The notes: generated by a model from the letters alone, not told the origin. Shown: positions 35,184 to 45,092, numbered from the stretch's first letter. The stretch is DNA of 64,000 nt from Patescibacteria group bacterium (GCA_022563395.1 JADFNM010000001.1:83891-147890), one strand, 5' to 3'. Numbers and translations are program-made.

Positions 35184-36437
35184 ATGGCAAATTGGAAGAT
35201 TCAAGATATTGCCCCCCCCAAAAAGCTCAAAAAAAGGGCAGAGGAACTTTTTGATAATGAAGAACCAAAGGCGCGTAATACGCGTGAAAGAAGGCACTTG
35301 CCAGTCTGGATACTAAAGGGAGTCCTGCCGCTTTTTGTGCTCTTGGTATTTTCCTTTGGAGCCGTACACTTTTTCTTTACTACAGCTAAGGTTACCTTAT
35401 GGCCGGAAACCAGACAGATAAAGATTTTGGAACCCATTGTAGCTGAGGTGGGAAGGGAACAATTGAACAAAGAAGAGCGCATCATTCCTGCTCGCACACT
35501 GACAGAGGAGAAAAAAGCAACGCGACTGTTTCCAGCTTCCAGCAACACCATAAAGGTGAATCGCTCGTCTGGAACCATTCGGGTGTTTAACGCATACACG
35601 ACCTCTCCCTATACTTTAATCGCAAAGACCCGTTTTATATCAGAAGAGGGAAAGCTCTTTCGTACTCTCGTGCGGATTACCATACCTGGGTCTACTAACG
35701 AGGGGCCGGGATTTATCGACATTGAAGTGGTGGCAGGAGAATCCGGAGAAGAGTATAATGTTGGACCCTCAAACTTTTCAGTACCAGGGCTTTCGGGTTC
35801 CGCCGCGTTCACTGCAATCTATGCTGAATCTACAGAGTCTATGACCGGGGGGTCAGAACGTGAGGTGTCCGTTGTTTCAGAGGACGATATTGAAAAAGCA
35901 AAGCAATCTTTGATTGAAGAGCTGAAGCTAAAGGCAACCCAAGATTTACTCTCTCGCGTCCCAGGGCATATGATGGCAACCAAAGACTCAGTTTTAGTTG
36001 AGGTGACGGAAGCTGATTCCCTGGTGCAAGCTGGAGCCGAGTTAGATCAGTTCAACGTAAGTGTTTCTTTGACTGCCACTGCATACCTATTTTCGAGAGC
36101 TGATCTGGATATTCTGGTGAACGATTTTCTTTTGCATGCGCTCCAAGACGGAGAGCGCATTGCGGAGGATAAAACCGTAACCTACTTTGAGCAGATTACA
36201 GTGGATAAAGATGCGAATACAGCTGCTTTGGAGCTTGGCGTTACAGCTACAACATATCAGTATGTAGACCCAACAGAGCTTAAAATCAAGCTCAGGGGAA
36301 AGTCAAAGGATGAGGCAGAAAGTATTCTTGCGACCTACAGTGTCTTTCGCCAGACAGACCTTTCCCTATGGCCTTTTTGGATTTCCTCCTTGCCTGGCGG
36401 CGTGGATAAGCTTGAAATTCAGGTGATTGTTGACTAA
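35184..36437 (+). CDS. Hypothetical single-pass membrane protein (417 aa)
   Basis: Basic N-terminus, one TM helix, and a large extracytoplasmic domain. I recognised no family. Confidence 0.55.
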   Translation: MANWKIQDIAPPKKLKKRAEELFDNEEPKARNTRERRHLPVWILKGVLPLFVLLVFSFGAVHFFFTTAKVTLWPETRQIKILEPIVAEVGREQLNKEERIIPARTLTEEKKATRLFPASSNTIKVNRSSGTIRVFNAYTTSPYTLIAKTRFISEEGKLFRTLVRITIPGSTNEGPGFIDIEVVAGESGEEYNVGPSNFSVPGLSGSAAFTAIYAESTESMTGGSEREVSVVSEDDIEKAKQSLIEELKLKATQDLLSRVPGHMMATKDSVLVEVTEADSLVQAGAELDQFNVSVSLTATAYLFSRADLDILVNDFLLHALQDGERIAEDKTVTYFEQITVDKDANTAALELGVTATTYQYVDPTELKIKLRGKSKDEAESILATYSVFRQTDLSLWPFWISSLPGGVDKLEIQVIVD

Positions 36438-36477
36438 TAGAACTTACTTTGGTATACTCTAAACCGCAATTTCACGC

Positions 36478-36702
36478 ATGAAGAACGATAAACAGGACGA
36501 GCTTGTAATGCAGGGTGAGGTGTTGGAAACCCTTCCAAGTTTAAAGTTTAAGGTGCGCTTGGAGGATGGAAGCGAGGTATTAGCATATCTTGCAGGAAAA
36601 CTCAGGAAATTCAGGATCCGCATTTTGGCGGGCGATAAGGTTTCTGTTGAAATGAGCCCGTATGATGCCACCAAGGGGAGGATAGTCTATCGAAATAAAT
36701 AG
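36478..36702 (+). CDS. infA: Translation initiation factor IF-1
   Basis: [45 protein letters not shown]... Confidence 0.95.
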   Translation: MKNDKQDELVMQGEVLETLPSLKFKVRLEDGSEVLAYLAGKLRKFRIRILAGDKVSVEMSPYDATKGRIVYRNK

Positions 36703-36703
36703 T

Positions 36704-36820
36704 ATGAAAGTCCGCTCAACCCTCAAAAAGATTTGCAAGGATTGCAAGATTGTAAAGCGGCAAAGAAAGCTGTATGTCATTTGCAAAACGAATCCAAAGC
36801 ATAAGCAACGCCAGGGGTGA
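36704..36820 (+). CDS. rpmJ: 50S ribosomal protein L36 (38 aa, below ORF-track cutoff)
   Basis: My translation is [38 protein letters not shown]. Confidence 0.9.
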   Translation: MKVRSTLKKICKDCKIVKRQRKLYVICKTNPKHKQRQG

Positions 36821-36932
36821 AAACTCGACTGCTCGAGTTTTCACGGCTTCGCCCGGCGAGCGATGTTCCTAGAGGAACCCGCGAGACGTAGAGGCGAAGA
36901 CCGGGCTTTTAATAAGTTTTTCATTTTTCATC

Positions 36933-37322
36933 ATGCCACGACTTGCCGGAGTAAACATTCCAGACAAAAAGCAAATTAAGGTAGCCTTAACCTATATTTA
37001 TGGCATTGGTGAGGCTGCCAGCGTGAAGATTTTACAGCAAGCAAAGATCAACCCTCAAAAAGAGGCAGGAGAGTTAAAGACCGAAGAACTGAGCATACTG
37101 CGTGATATTATTGAAAAAGGATTTAAGATTGAAGGGAGTTTGCGACGTGAAGTGATGCTGAATATAAAGCGTTTAAGAGACATTGGATCTTGGAGAGGAT
37201 TGCGCCACCAAAAGCGGCTTCCGGTTCGGGGACAGCGCACCAGCACAAACACCAGGACCGTTCGTGGAAATGTGACAAAGACCGTAGGGTCTGGAAAGAA
37301 ACCAGCAGCATCTCCGACATAA
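36933..37322 (+). CDS. rpsM: 30S ribosomal protein S13
   Basis: MPRLAGVNIPDKKQIKVALTYIYGIG... Confidence 0.95.
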   Translation: MPRLAGVNIPDKKQIKVALTYIYGIGEAASVKILQQAKINPQKEAGELKTEELSILRDIIEKGFKIEGSLRREVMLNIKRLRDIGSWRGLRHQKRLPVRGQRTSTNTRTVRGNVTKTVGSGKKPAASPT

Positions 37323-37326
37323 TCTC

Positions 37327-37758
37327 ATGGGAAAGAAACGAGTCATTAAAAAAGGAGAGGGCGCGGTAGTTACAACCACCTTTACCCCAAAAGCACTAAC
37401 CAAGGGACGAAGCTTTCAAGATGGCAGGGTAAGTATTTATTCTTCCTATAACAACACCATACTTTCTTTGGCTGACACACAAGGTAATGTTGTGTTTACC
37501 ACGTCAGCTGGCGCAGTTGGGTTTAAGGGAACCAAAAAGTCCACACCCTATGCCGCTTCCAAAGTGGCAGAAACCCTAGCAGATGTTGCAAAGGCACGAG
37601 GCGTGGAACGCATTGCAATTACCTTGCGGGGGATTGGACCCGGCAGGGAATCTGCCTTAAGGTCTCTTGGGACAAAGGGTTTTGTGATTCAATCCATTCG
37701 AGACTTAACTCCAGTACCCCACAACGGTCCACGAAAAAGAAAAGTAAGACGCGTCTAG
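37327..37758 (+). CDS. rpsK: 30S ribosomal protein S11
   Basis: [15 protein letters not shown]...[13 protein letters not shown]. Confidence 0.95.
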   Translation: MGKKRVIKKGEGAVVTTTFTPKALTKGRSFQDGRVSIYSSYNNTILSLADTQGNVVFTTSAGAVGFKGTKKSTPYAASKVAETLADVAKARGVERIAITLRGIGPGRESALRSLGTKGFVIQSIRDLTPVPHNGPRKRKVRRV

Positions 37759-37759
37759 T

Positions 37760-38284
37760 ATGCAAAAGGGAATAATGAGAAAACGACGGCCAAAGCCGCT
37801 GTCTGAATACGGAAGACAACTACAGGAAAAGCAGGATTTGAAAGGTCAGTATAACCTCAGAGAAAAGCAATTCAAGCGCTATGTGAAAGAGGTGTTGGGC
37901 ATGAAAGCCCATGGCGATTCTCCAGAGTTGTTTTTGCAAAAGCTAGAGCGCCGACTCGACAATGTGGTGTTTCGCTCCGGACTAGCTTCTACCAGAAAGC
38001 AGGCTCGCCAGATGGTTTCCCATGGTCATTTCTTGGTGAACGGCAGAAAGGTGGATGTCCCTTCCTTTGCGGTAAAAAAGGGCGACAGTATTTCTGTTCG
38101 TCCTTCCTCGCTGCAGCGAACCCTGTTCAAAAATGCGCTGCTGGGATTAAAAAAGTATGAAGCTCCTTCTTGGATACTGCTAGACAAAGAAAAACCAGAG
38201 ATTATCATTCAACAACTTCCCTCGCTTGCTGAAGTTGCACCCTCGGTCGAGATTCCATTAATATTTGAGTTTTACTCAAGATAA
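37760..38284 (+). CDS. rpsD: 30S ribosomal protein S4
   Basis: [12 protein letters not shown]...[31 protein letters not shown] (S4 domain). Confidence 0.93.
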   Translation: MQKGIMRKRRPKPLSEYGRQLQEKQDLKGQYNLREKQFKRYVKEVLGMKAHGDSPELFLQKLERRLDNVVFRSGLASTRKQARQMVSHGHFLVNGRKVDVPSFAVKKGDSISVRPSSLQRTLFKNALLGLKKYEAPSWILLDKEKPEIIIQQLPSLAEVAPSVEIPLIFEFYSR

Positions 38285-38286
38285 GT

Positions 38287-39108
38287 ATGATTCCACTTTC
38301 CAAATCAACGAAGATTGTGTCGAACAAGGGGAATAAAGGCGTCTTTGAGATTGAGGCCCTGTATCCTGGATACGGGGCTACCATAGGCAACAGCTTACGG
38401 CGAGTTCTTCTCTCTTCCTTAGAAGGTGCTGCGGTTACGAATGCTAAGATAAAGGGAGCTTCTCATGAGTTTACAACGCTCCCTGGTCTTAAGGAAGATG
38501 TCTTGGGTGTTTTGCTGAGCCTAAAACAGATTCGTTTTCGAGTATTTGGAGATGGTCCGTTTTCTGCAACACTGAAAGTAAAGGGAGCACGAGAAGTAAA
38601 AGCTGGTGATTTTAAGACCCCAAGTCAGGTTGAAATTATGAACAAAGATCTGGTAATAGCCCACTTGACCGCGAGTGGAGCTGAACTGGAGATTGAGGTT
38701 CGGATTGGGAAAGGTGTGGGGTATGAGACAGCGGAAAGCCGCCGCAGGGAAAAGGAAGAAATAGGAACCATTTCTTTGGATGCCATTTACACTCCGGTAA
38801 GAAAGGTAAGCTATCGAGTAGAGCAGATGCGTGTTGGAGATCGAACCGACTTTGATCGCCTTATCCTAGAGGTTGAAACTGACGGAACATTGAATCCAGA
38901 AACTGCCCTCAAAGAGGCTTCCGCTATTTTAGCGAGACAGTTTGAGATTACAGGAGAGGGGTTGAAAGAAGAGGAGGTAATGTCAGTGGCATCAAGCACA
39001 GTAAAGCCGAAGAAGAAAAGGGCTATAAAGAAGCCCGCTACAACGAAAGTCGCCTCAGCGGTACCTCGCAAAAAAGCCGGGAAAGCTGCCGCGGGAAAGA
39101 AAAAGTAG
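38287..39108 (+). CDS. rpoA: DNA-directed RNA polymerase alpha subunit, N-terminal domain plus Lys/Ala-rich tail (no alpha-CTD)
   Basis: GYGATIGNSLRRVLLSSLEGAA... Only 273 aa, ending KPKKKRAIKKPATTKVASAVPRKKAGKAAAGKKK. Confidence 0.9.
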   Translation: MIPLSKSTKIVSNKGNKGVFEIEALYPGYGATIGNSLRRVLLSSLEGAAVTNAKIKGASHEFTTLPGLKEDVLGVLLSLKQIRFRVFGDGPFSATLKVKGAREVKAGDFKTPSQVEIMNKDLVIAHLTASGAELEIEVRIGKGVGYETAESRRREKEEIGTISLDAIYTPVRKVSYRVEQMRVGDRTDFDRLILEVETDGTLNPETALKEASAILARQFEITGEGLKEEEVMSVASSTVKPKKKRAIKKPATTKVASAVPRKKAGKAAAGKKK

Positions 39109-39109
39109 T

Positions 39110-39457
39110 ATGAAGAAAAAAATTCACAAACGTACGTTGTCTCGCAAGGCAGGACCAAGAAAAGCTCTGCAAAAAAGCCTTTTGCGTGCTTTAATATTAA
39201 ATGAGAAGATTGAAACGACCCAGGCAAAGGCAAAAGCGATTTCTCCTATGGCAGAAAAGCTTGTTACCAAGGCAAAGAAGGGTGGGTTGGCTCAAAGAAG
39301 GCAGTTAGTTGCACTCGTGGACGGTGAATCTGCGAAAAAGCTTGTTGATGTGATTGCTCCCCGATACCAGCAAAGAAAGGGCGGGTACACCCGCATTGTA
39401 AAACTTGTGCCCCGCAAATCAGACAGCGCAAAGCGTGCAATTATTGAATTTGTATAG
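39110..39457 (+). CDS. rplQ: 50S ribosomal protein L17
   Basis: Operon position; RKGGYTRIVKL. Confidence 0.92.
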   Translation: MKKKIHKRTLSRKAGPRKALQKSLLRALILNEKIETTQAKAKAISPMAEKLVTKAKKGGLAQRRQLVALVDGESAKKLVDVIAPRYQQRKGGYTRIVKLVPRKSDSAKRAIIEFV

Positions 39458-39459
39458 TC

Positions 39460-39810
39460 ATGGAACGCAAAACCTACACCATTAATGCTCAAGGGCGCCC
39501 GTTGGGACGACTGGCAGTAGAGATTGCAAACCTTCTTCGCGGAAAGCAAAAAAGCGACTTTGCCCCATACAAGGATGCGGGTGATTTTGTGACGGTCCAG
39601 AATTTCAAGCGGATTCGTTTCACCGGAAACAAACCTCAGCAAAAGCGGTATTTTCGACACTCGGGGTATTTGGGGAATTTGAAGGTAAAAACGTTAAAAG
39701 AGTTGTTTGAAAAGCAGCCTCAGGAAGTACTGCGCAAGGCAGTATGGGGTATGTTACCGACAAACAAGCTGAGAGCGCGTCAGATAAAAAGATTGAAAAT
39801 TGAGCTATAG
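39460..39810 (+). CDS. rplM: 50S ribosomal protein L13 (short, 116 aa)
   Basis: GRLAVEIANLLRGK...VWGMLPTNKL. Confidence 0.9.
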   Translation: MERKTYTINAQGRPLGRLAVEIANLLRGKQKSDFAPYKDAGDFVTVQNFKRIRFTGNKPQQKRYFRHSGYLGNLKVKTLKELFEKQPQEVLRKAVWGMLPTNKLRARQIKRLKIEL

Positions 39811-39868
39811 TAAATATGAACCATTCGCTTCTCTCAGAACCATATAATTTTCGCAAATAGCTCAAATT

Positions 39869-40384
39869 ATGGCAACAAAGACAATAAAAACAACCAAAAA
39901 ACCCGCTTCATCGGCGGTAGCACCTCATCGGTCCACCCGCCCGGTGAGGCGGAGTGCGCCAAAGAGGCGCAAACAGTCCTCAAAAAAAGATGAAGGACGA
40001 TACTGGCAAGCAACAGGGAGAAGAAAGACTGCCGTGGCACGGATAAGGATTAAAAATGCAACGAAGACCAGCTTTATTGTAAATCAAAAGCCCTTTGAGG
40101 ACTATTTTCAGGATGCGGAGTACCGCATAATTGCAAAAGAATCCTTAGATCGCGGGGCTGCGGGAAAGGCGTTTGAAGTAAGCATTCTTGTGCGAGGCGG
40201 TGGAATACGAGCACAAGCTGAGGCAGTACGCCATGCTTTAGCTCGCGCTTTAGTAGAGTGGGACGAGGGAATGCGAGATTCTATGAAAGCCCTTAAGTTT
40301 TTAACGAGGGATCCTAGAATGCGAGAGCGAAAAAAGTTTGGTTTGAAAAGAGCCCGTAGAGCTCGTCAGTGGAGAAAGAGGTAA
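39869..40384 (+). CDS. rpsI: 30S ribosomal protein S9 with about 45-aa basic N-terminal extension
   Basis: GRRKTAVARIRI...GGGIRAQAEAVRHALARAL...KKFGLKRARRARQWRKR. Confidence 0.92.
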   Translation: MATKTIKTTKKPASSAVAPHRSTRPVRRSAPKRRKQSSKKDEGRYWQATGRRKTAVARIRIKNATKTSFIVNQKPFEDYFQDAEYRIIAKESLDRGAAGKAFEVSILVRGGGIRAQAEAVRHALARALVEWDEGMRDSMKALKFLTRDPRMRERKKFGLKRARRARQWRKR

Positions 40385-40385
40385 T

Positions 40386-41786
40386 CTATCGCACCACTTT
40401 TTCAGAAACAAAGAAGGTATCTTCGCTTAAAATGTAGAGGATGCCTTTTTCGTTATTCCAAAAGAATTCATGGTCAGAAAATGTGATAAGGTCCACAACA
40501 TTGAGTCGGTCCCGAGTATCGATTTCGGCTCCTCGTATGGTTTCTCCTAAACTGAAGAGAAGATAGGAGGAGTCAATCCAGGAAAGCTGCTGTGGGGGCT
40601 CTGAGAATCTTGTGAGGAGCACCAGCTCACCGGCCTGGTGCTGGGGCTGTTCGGTTTCCTCTTTTAAAAAGAGAACCCAAAGTTCTGACTGGTTGCGGAG
40701 TGCGACCTTGGCACCTCCCGGACCCACAGCTATTTCAAGAACGGGGGAAAGAACCTCACGCCGCTCTGAGACGCTTCTTTCATGGAGAAACAGCGCTGTG
40801 TCTTCTTTTATGAGTATGGCGTCTCCGGCAATCAATAGTTCGTAGGTAGTTTCACGTTTTGGCGTAAATACTGATTCTTGAAAAACCTGTGCCTCGCTGT
40901 CTGCATCAAGGTTTTTTTGCCACAGTGTACCATCGTTATCCAGCCAAAAAACATAAGTGCTATGGCTGGTAAAGGCCACCACATTATTTGCGATGGGGAC
41001 AGCCGATTTCTGCTCTCTGTATTGAGCCATAAACAGTGCCTTTGTTGTATTAAGGAATCTGGTAAAGAGTACTTGATTTAGTGTTGCGGGGGAAAATTGT
41101 ATATTTCCTATGCCCTGGTTAAGGTACTCCAAGCTGCAGGGGGCCTTAAAGCACGGTTGGTTAGCTGAGACATTGTGGATCTCAGAAACTAGCTGTTCTC
41201 CACGAGTGCTATGAAGCAAGAAGCGGCGGGAGTCCTTTGCCCATTGGATGTCAACGATTTCATCTTTTGAGCTGGCCCCGACCATTAAGGATTCTTTCCC
41301 CCCGGTTTCTAGGTTGAGAAGGTTAAGTTGCCAGGATGTTTTGGGCTCACGCTGCAAAAGCAGTGCATACTGTTTGTTTGGCGAAACCCAGAAGCGCTCA
41401 ACCTTATCTGCGAGTTTTTGAAACGCAGGGTTCTTTTTAAACAAGAGAATATTCTTTGCTTCAGTAACCTGCTGTTCTTTTATGTCAAGGATTTTTTGCC
41501 AGGAATGATATCCTTCTTTTGTAATTTCAAGAAAGTAGCTGCCGGGGAAAAAATTCTTGGTTAGCGCGGAACCAAAAAGGAAATCAGTTCTTTTAATATG
41601 GGTTCCGTCAACAATGATATCAGCTCTCGCGGGGGCGATCTTAAAGTAGAAAGCGCCTGTTTGAGTTATTCTTTTTTGCTGTATATCAATTCGATATCCT
41701 TGAGAGTACAGAGTAAGCGAGGGAGCGAGTATCAAAAAAAGACCAAGAAGCAAAAGAAACAACAGTGTACGTTGGCGTTTGGTCAT
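40386..41786 (-). CDS. Membrane-anchored PEGA-domain protein with beta-propeller-like C-terminal region
   Basis: N-terminal TM helix; PEGA-like ARADIIVDGTHI...PGSYFLEITKEGYHSWQ. Confidence 0.6.
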   Translation of the reverse strand: MTKRQRTLLFLLLLGLFLILAPSLTLYSQGYRIDIQQKRITQTGAFYFKIAPARADIIVDGTHIKRTDFLFGSALTKNFFPGSYFLEITKEGYHSWQKILDIKEQQVTEAKNILLFKKNPAFQKLADKVERFWVSPNKQYALLLQREPKTSWQLNLLNLETGGKESLMVGASSKDEIVDIQWAKDSRRFLLHSTRGEQLVSEIHNVSANQPCFKAPCSLEYLNQGIGNIQFSPATLNQVLFTRFLNTTKALFMAQYREQKSAVPIANNVVAFTSHSTYVFWLDNDGTLWQKNLDADSEAQVFQESVFTPKRETTYELLIAGDAILIKEDTALFLHERSVSERREVLSPVLEIAVGPGGAKVALRNQSELWVLFLKEETEQPQHQAGELVLLTRFSEPPQQLSWIDSSYLLFSLGETIRGAEIDTRDRLNVVDLITFSDHEFFWNNEKGILYILSEDTFFVSEKVVR

Positions 41787-41794
41787 AATGCTCT

Positions 41795-41823
41795 ACTATA
41801 TGCCAAAAAGTGCACCTTGTTAA
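41795..41823 (-). promoter_or_regulatory. Promoter TTAACA-17-TATAGT, 8 nt before ATG (minus strand)
   Basis: Minus-strand reading: -35 at 41818-41823 and -10 at 41795-41800. Confidence 0.5.
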
Positions 41824-41907
41824 GCTTTGCCAGAAAGACTTAGGAATCCGGCATCGCAGGCGCCTTTCTTCTCTTTGTGAGATCGGCGCTTTTCTTTTAA
41901 AAGTGAA

Positions 41908-42029
41908 GTACTCCTAAACGAGATTTAGGAGTACCTAAATCTCGTTTAGGAGATATGCAAAGCAACCACATAAACTAATAGTGCCTAAATGAAATTAAGG
42001 AATCCTTAATTTCATTTAGGAGATATGCG
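41908..42029 (+). repeat. Intergenic repeat: X2 inverted pair + palindrome A + tail
   Basis: GTACTCCTAAACGAGATTTAGGAGTAC at 41908-41934, CCTAAATCTCGTTTAGG+AGATATGCA at 41934-41959, module A at 41984-42020, AGATATGCG at 42021-42029. Confidence 0.85.
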
Positions 42030-42042
42030 CGTTTTTACTCCA

Positions 42043-42071
42043 TTGCCAAAAGACCTCATTTCAGCTAGAAT
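42043..42071 (+). promoter_or_regulatory. Promoter TTGCCA-17-TAGAAT upstream of murA
   Basis: Hexamers at 42043-42048 and 42066-42071. The ATG lies 14 nt downstream. Confidence 0.55.
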
Positions 42072-42085
42072 AGGAAAGACCAACT

Positions 42086-43363
42086 ATGGAGAAATTCGTT
42101 ATTCATGGAGGGAAGCATCTTAAGGGAGAGATTGACGTTAAAGGGGCAAAGAATGCCGCCTTTCCGATTTTAGCTGCTACCATTTTAACCAAAGAAGACT
42201 GCACGATTAAAAATCTTCCCTTAATTGAGGATGTGTTTCGCATGATCGAGATTTTAGAAAGCATGAAGGCAAAGGTAGAATGGGTGGAAAAAAGATCGGT
42301 GAGGATAAACACAAAAAACTTGAATCCTGCCACCATTGACAAAAAAGCTATCTTAAAGTTCCGGGGGTCTGTGCTTTTGTACGGGCCATTGCTTACGCGA
42401 TTTGGGAAAATATATCTTCCCAAGCCTGGAGGAGACATTATTGGAGCACGGCCCATAGACACCCATTTGGATGCCTTTTCTCAGTTGGGCACTTTTGTGA
42501 AGCCGCGGCTCAAAGGATTTGAGCTGAGATTCTCTGGGAAGGCAAAAAACAAGGTGGTTGTGCTTAATGAGTTCTCGGTTACGGGCACAGAAAACCTCTT
42601 GCTCTTTTGTGCGCTGAGACCAGAGCGTATTGTTATAAAGATTGCAGACATGGATTACCAGGTGCAAGAGTTAATGCGAGTGTTGCGAAAAATGGGGGTG
42701 TGGATTAGGGTTTCTGGGTTGCATGAGATAACCATTCAAGGAAAGAAAGGATTAAAAAGGTTTTCCCATACCATTATTCCAGACCCAATTGAAGCTGCCA
42801 CCTTCATTGTCATGGCTATTGGAACACAAGGGAAAGTGCTGGTGAAAAATGTCTCCATACGGTTTCTGGAATTCTTTTTTAAAAAGCTCCATGACTTTGG
42901 TGCAAATCTTAAGATTCAAGAGCAGCGAGGAGGCATTGGCACTGTCCAGGTCTTGCCAGCTAGAAAGCTCAAAATAGATAAGATTCAGAGCTTGATTTAC
43001 CCCGGCATTCCATCTGACCTTCAGTCGGTACTGGGAGTGCTTGCTACACAAAGTAAAGGCTCCACGCTTTTGCACGATCCTTTGTATGAAGGGAGGTTAA
43101 AGTACCTTGAAGAGCTCAACAAAATGGGAGCTGAAATTTACTTTACCGACCCTCATCGGGCAATCATCAACGGTCCTACGAAGCTTCGCGGCACCGATCT
43201 TGGCACGTTTGACTTAAGAGGGGGAGCTGCCCTTATCATGGCAGCCCTAATGGCAGAAGGAAAAAGCACGATTGATAATATCTACCAGGTGGACCGGGGA
43301 TATGAGAGAATAGAAGAGCGCCTGCAAAAACTGGGAGCGGATATTAAACGCATAACGATATGA
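42086..43363 (+). CDS. murA: UDP-N-acetylglucosamine 1-carboxyvinyltransferase
   Basis: GAKNAAFPILAATIL..., 425 aa, EPSP-synthase fold pattern. Confidence 0.93.
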   Translation: MEKFVIHGGKHLKGEIDVKGAKNAAFPILAATILTKEDCTIKNLPLIEDVFRMIEILESMKAKVEWVEKRSVRINTKNLNPATIDKKAILKFRGSVLLYGPLLTRFGKIYLPKPGGDIIGARPIDTHLDAFSQLGTFVKPRLKGFELRFSGKAKNKVVVLNEFSVTGTENLLLFCALRPERIVIKIADMDYQVQELMRVLRKMGVWIRVSGLHEITIQGKKGLKRFSHTIIPDPIEAATFIVMAIGTQGKVLVKNVSIRFLEFFFKKLHDFGANLKIQEQRGGIGTVQVLPARKLKIDKIQSLIYPGIPSDLQSVLGVLATQSKGSTLLHDPLYEGRLKYLEELNKMGAEIYFTDPHRAIINGPTKLRGTDLGTFDLRGGAALIMAALMAEGKSTIDNIYQVDRGYERIEERLQKLGADIKRITI

Positions 43364-44373
43364 GTTTATTTGTTTCGAAAATTGGCATTGACCTTGGAAC
43401 CAAAAACTCCCTGGTGTTTGTGCCTCAAAAAGGCATTGTGTTAAACGAACCCTCGGTGGTTGCGGTTTCCTTGGCAGACAACAGCATCTTGGCAGTAGGG
43501 GAAGCCGCAAGAGAAATGACCGGAAGAACCCCCGATACCATTCGAGTGTATCGCCCCATGAAAGATGGGGTCATTGCAGACTACCGGGTTACGCTGGCCA
43601 TGATTCGCTATTTCTTGAAAAAAGTTATGCCAAGATATCAGTTTTTCAAGCCAGAGGTTTTAGTGTCAGTACCAGCTGGCATTACGTCTACGGAACGGCG
43701 GGCCGTGGTTGAGGCAACCACCGCAGCCGGGGCAAGGGCAACGTATATTGCAAAAGAGCCCATCTTGGCCGCCATTGGGGCCGAGATCCCCATTAACTCC
43801 ACTTCAGGGCACATGATTGTAGATATTGGAGGGGGAACCACCGAGGTTGCGGTAATTTCCCTTGGTGGCATTGTTGCTGTCTCATCTGTCAGGGTGGCAG
43901 GAGACAAAATTGACCAAGCCATTTCAGACTATATAAAACGCAAGTACAATCTTGCCATTGGAGAGAATATGGCAGAAGAGATAAAGATCAAGATTGGATG
44001 CGCGCTTGCCCTAAAACCCGAGCTCACCATTGAAGTGCGAGGCCGCGACTTAGCTCAAGGATTACCCAAGAACATCAAACTGACATCTACCGAAATCTCC
44101 CAGGCTGTACAGGAACCCCTGCAGGAAATCATCATGATTATTAAATCACTCCTGCGGGAAACTCCACCCGAACTTTCAGCTGACATCATGGACAAGGGAA
44201 TGATTATTTCTGGGGGCGGAGCATTGCTCAAAAATATTGACCAACTAGTATCTCAGACTACGGGAGTTCCGTGCTTTATTGCAGAGGATGCCTTAACCTG
44301 CGTTGCCAAGGGGACTGGAGTCGTGCTGGATAACTTGGAAGTATACAAGAGAAGCATTATGACAAAAAGATGA
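43360..44373 (+). CDS. mreB: Rod-shape/actin-like protein MreB (paralogue 1)
   Basis: IGIDLGTKNSLV, DIGGGTTEVAVISLGG, GGGALL. Confidence 0.9.
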   Translation: MSLFVSKIGIDLGTKNSLVFVPQKGIVLNEPSVVAVSLADNSILAVGEAAREMTGRTPDTIRVYRPMKDGVIADYRVTLAMIRYFLKKVMPRYQFFKPEVLVSVPAGITSTERRAVVEATTAAGARATYIAKEPILAAIGAEIPINSTSGHMIVDIGGGTTEVAVISLGGIVAVSSVRVAGDKIDQAISDYIKRKYNLAIGENMAEEIKIKIGCALALKPELTIEVRGRDLAQGLPKNIKLTSTEISQAVQEPLQEIIMIIKSLLRETPPELSADIMDKGMIISGGGALLKNIDQLVSQTTGVPCFIAEDALTCVAKGTGVVLDNLEVYKRSIMTKR

Positions 44374-45092
44374 GTAGACCCCTTGACCACCTCACATATT
44401 TAAAAACAGCTCAGGCGCAAGGGAAACTGGCTCACGCCTACCTGCTTTCTGGTAATGATACTGCAGGGAAAGAACAGGTGATTCAGGGGTTTGTAGCCTT
44501 TTTACTCGGCCCTCAAAAAGCCAAAACGCATGCTGATGTGGCAATTTTGAGTCCGGAAAAAGATGAGATTGTCATAGGACAGATACGAAAACTCAAAGAA
44601 CAGCTTAGTTTAAGTGCATGGGCCTCGCCCTACAAGATAGGGATAATCAGATCGGCTGACCGTATGAATCAAGAAGCCCAGTCTGCGTTCTTGAAACTCT
44701 TGGAGGAACCAAAAGGAAGCACCCTGCTGTTCTTGGAAGCTCAGCATTCTTCTTTGCTTTTAGATACGATTCGCTCCCGCACCCAGGAGTTGCGTCTATA
44801 CCGATTTGAAGAGCCACATGCACAAAAGACAAACCTGCTTTTCAAACTTCAAAAGAGTTCCCTTCAAGAGCGCTTTGCCTTTGCACAAAGAGAAAGCCAG
44901 GATCCCAAGGCATTATATGAAACTCTGCTTGATTTGCAACGGGAGACGCGACTTGAGCTTTTGCATCAGCTTCGTGATGGAAAAGCCGAATCATTGCGGA
45001 TTCTCCGCGTTTTTCAAGATGTCCTTTCTGCTTTGCGACAAACCCAGGTGAATAGACGCTTTGCTGCAGAGCGTATTCTTCTTGAATTGTAA
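44370..45092 (+). CDS. holB: DNA polymerase III delta' subunit-like (short, 240 aa)
   Basis: LAHAYLLSGNDTAGKE..., NQEAQSAFLKLLEEP, and an SRT motif (IRSRTQ). Confidence 0.75.
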   Translation: MSRPLDHLTYLKTAQAQGKLAHAYLLSGNDTAGKEQVIQGFVAFLLGPQKAKTHADVAILSPEKDEIVIGQIRKLKEQLSLSAWASPYKIGIIRSADRMNQEAQSAFLKLLEEPKGSTLLFLEAQHSSLLLDTIRSRTQELRLYRFEEPHAQKTNLLFKLQKSSLQERFAFAQRESQDPKALYETLLDLQRETRLELLHQLRDGKAESLRILRVFQDVLSALRQTQVNRRFAAERILLEL

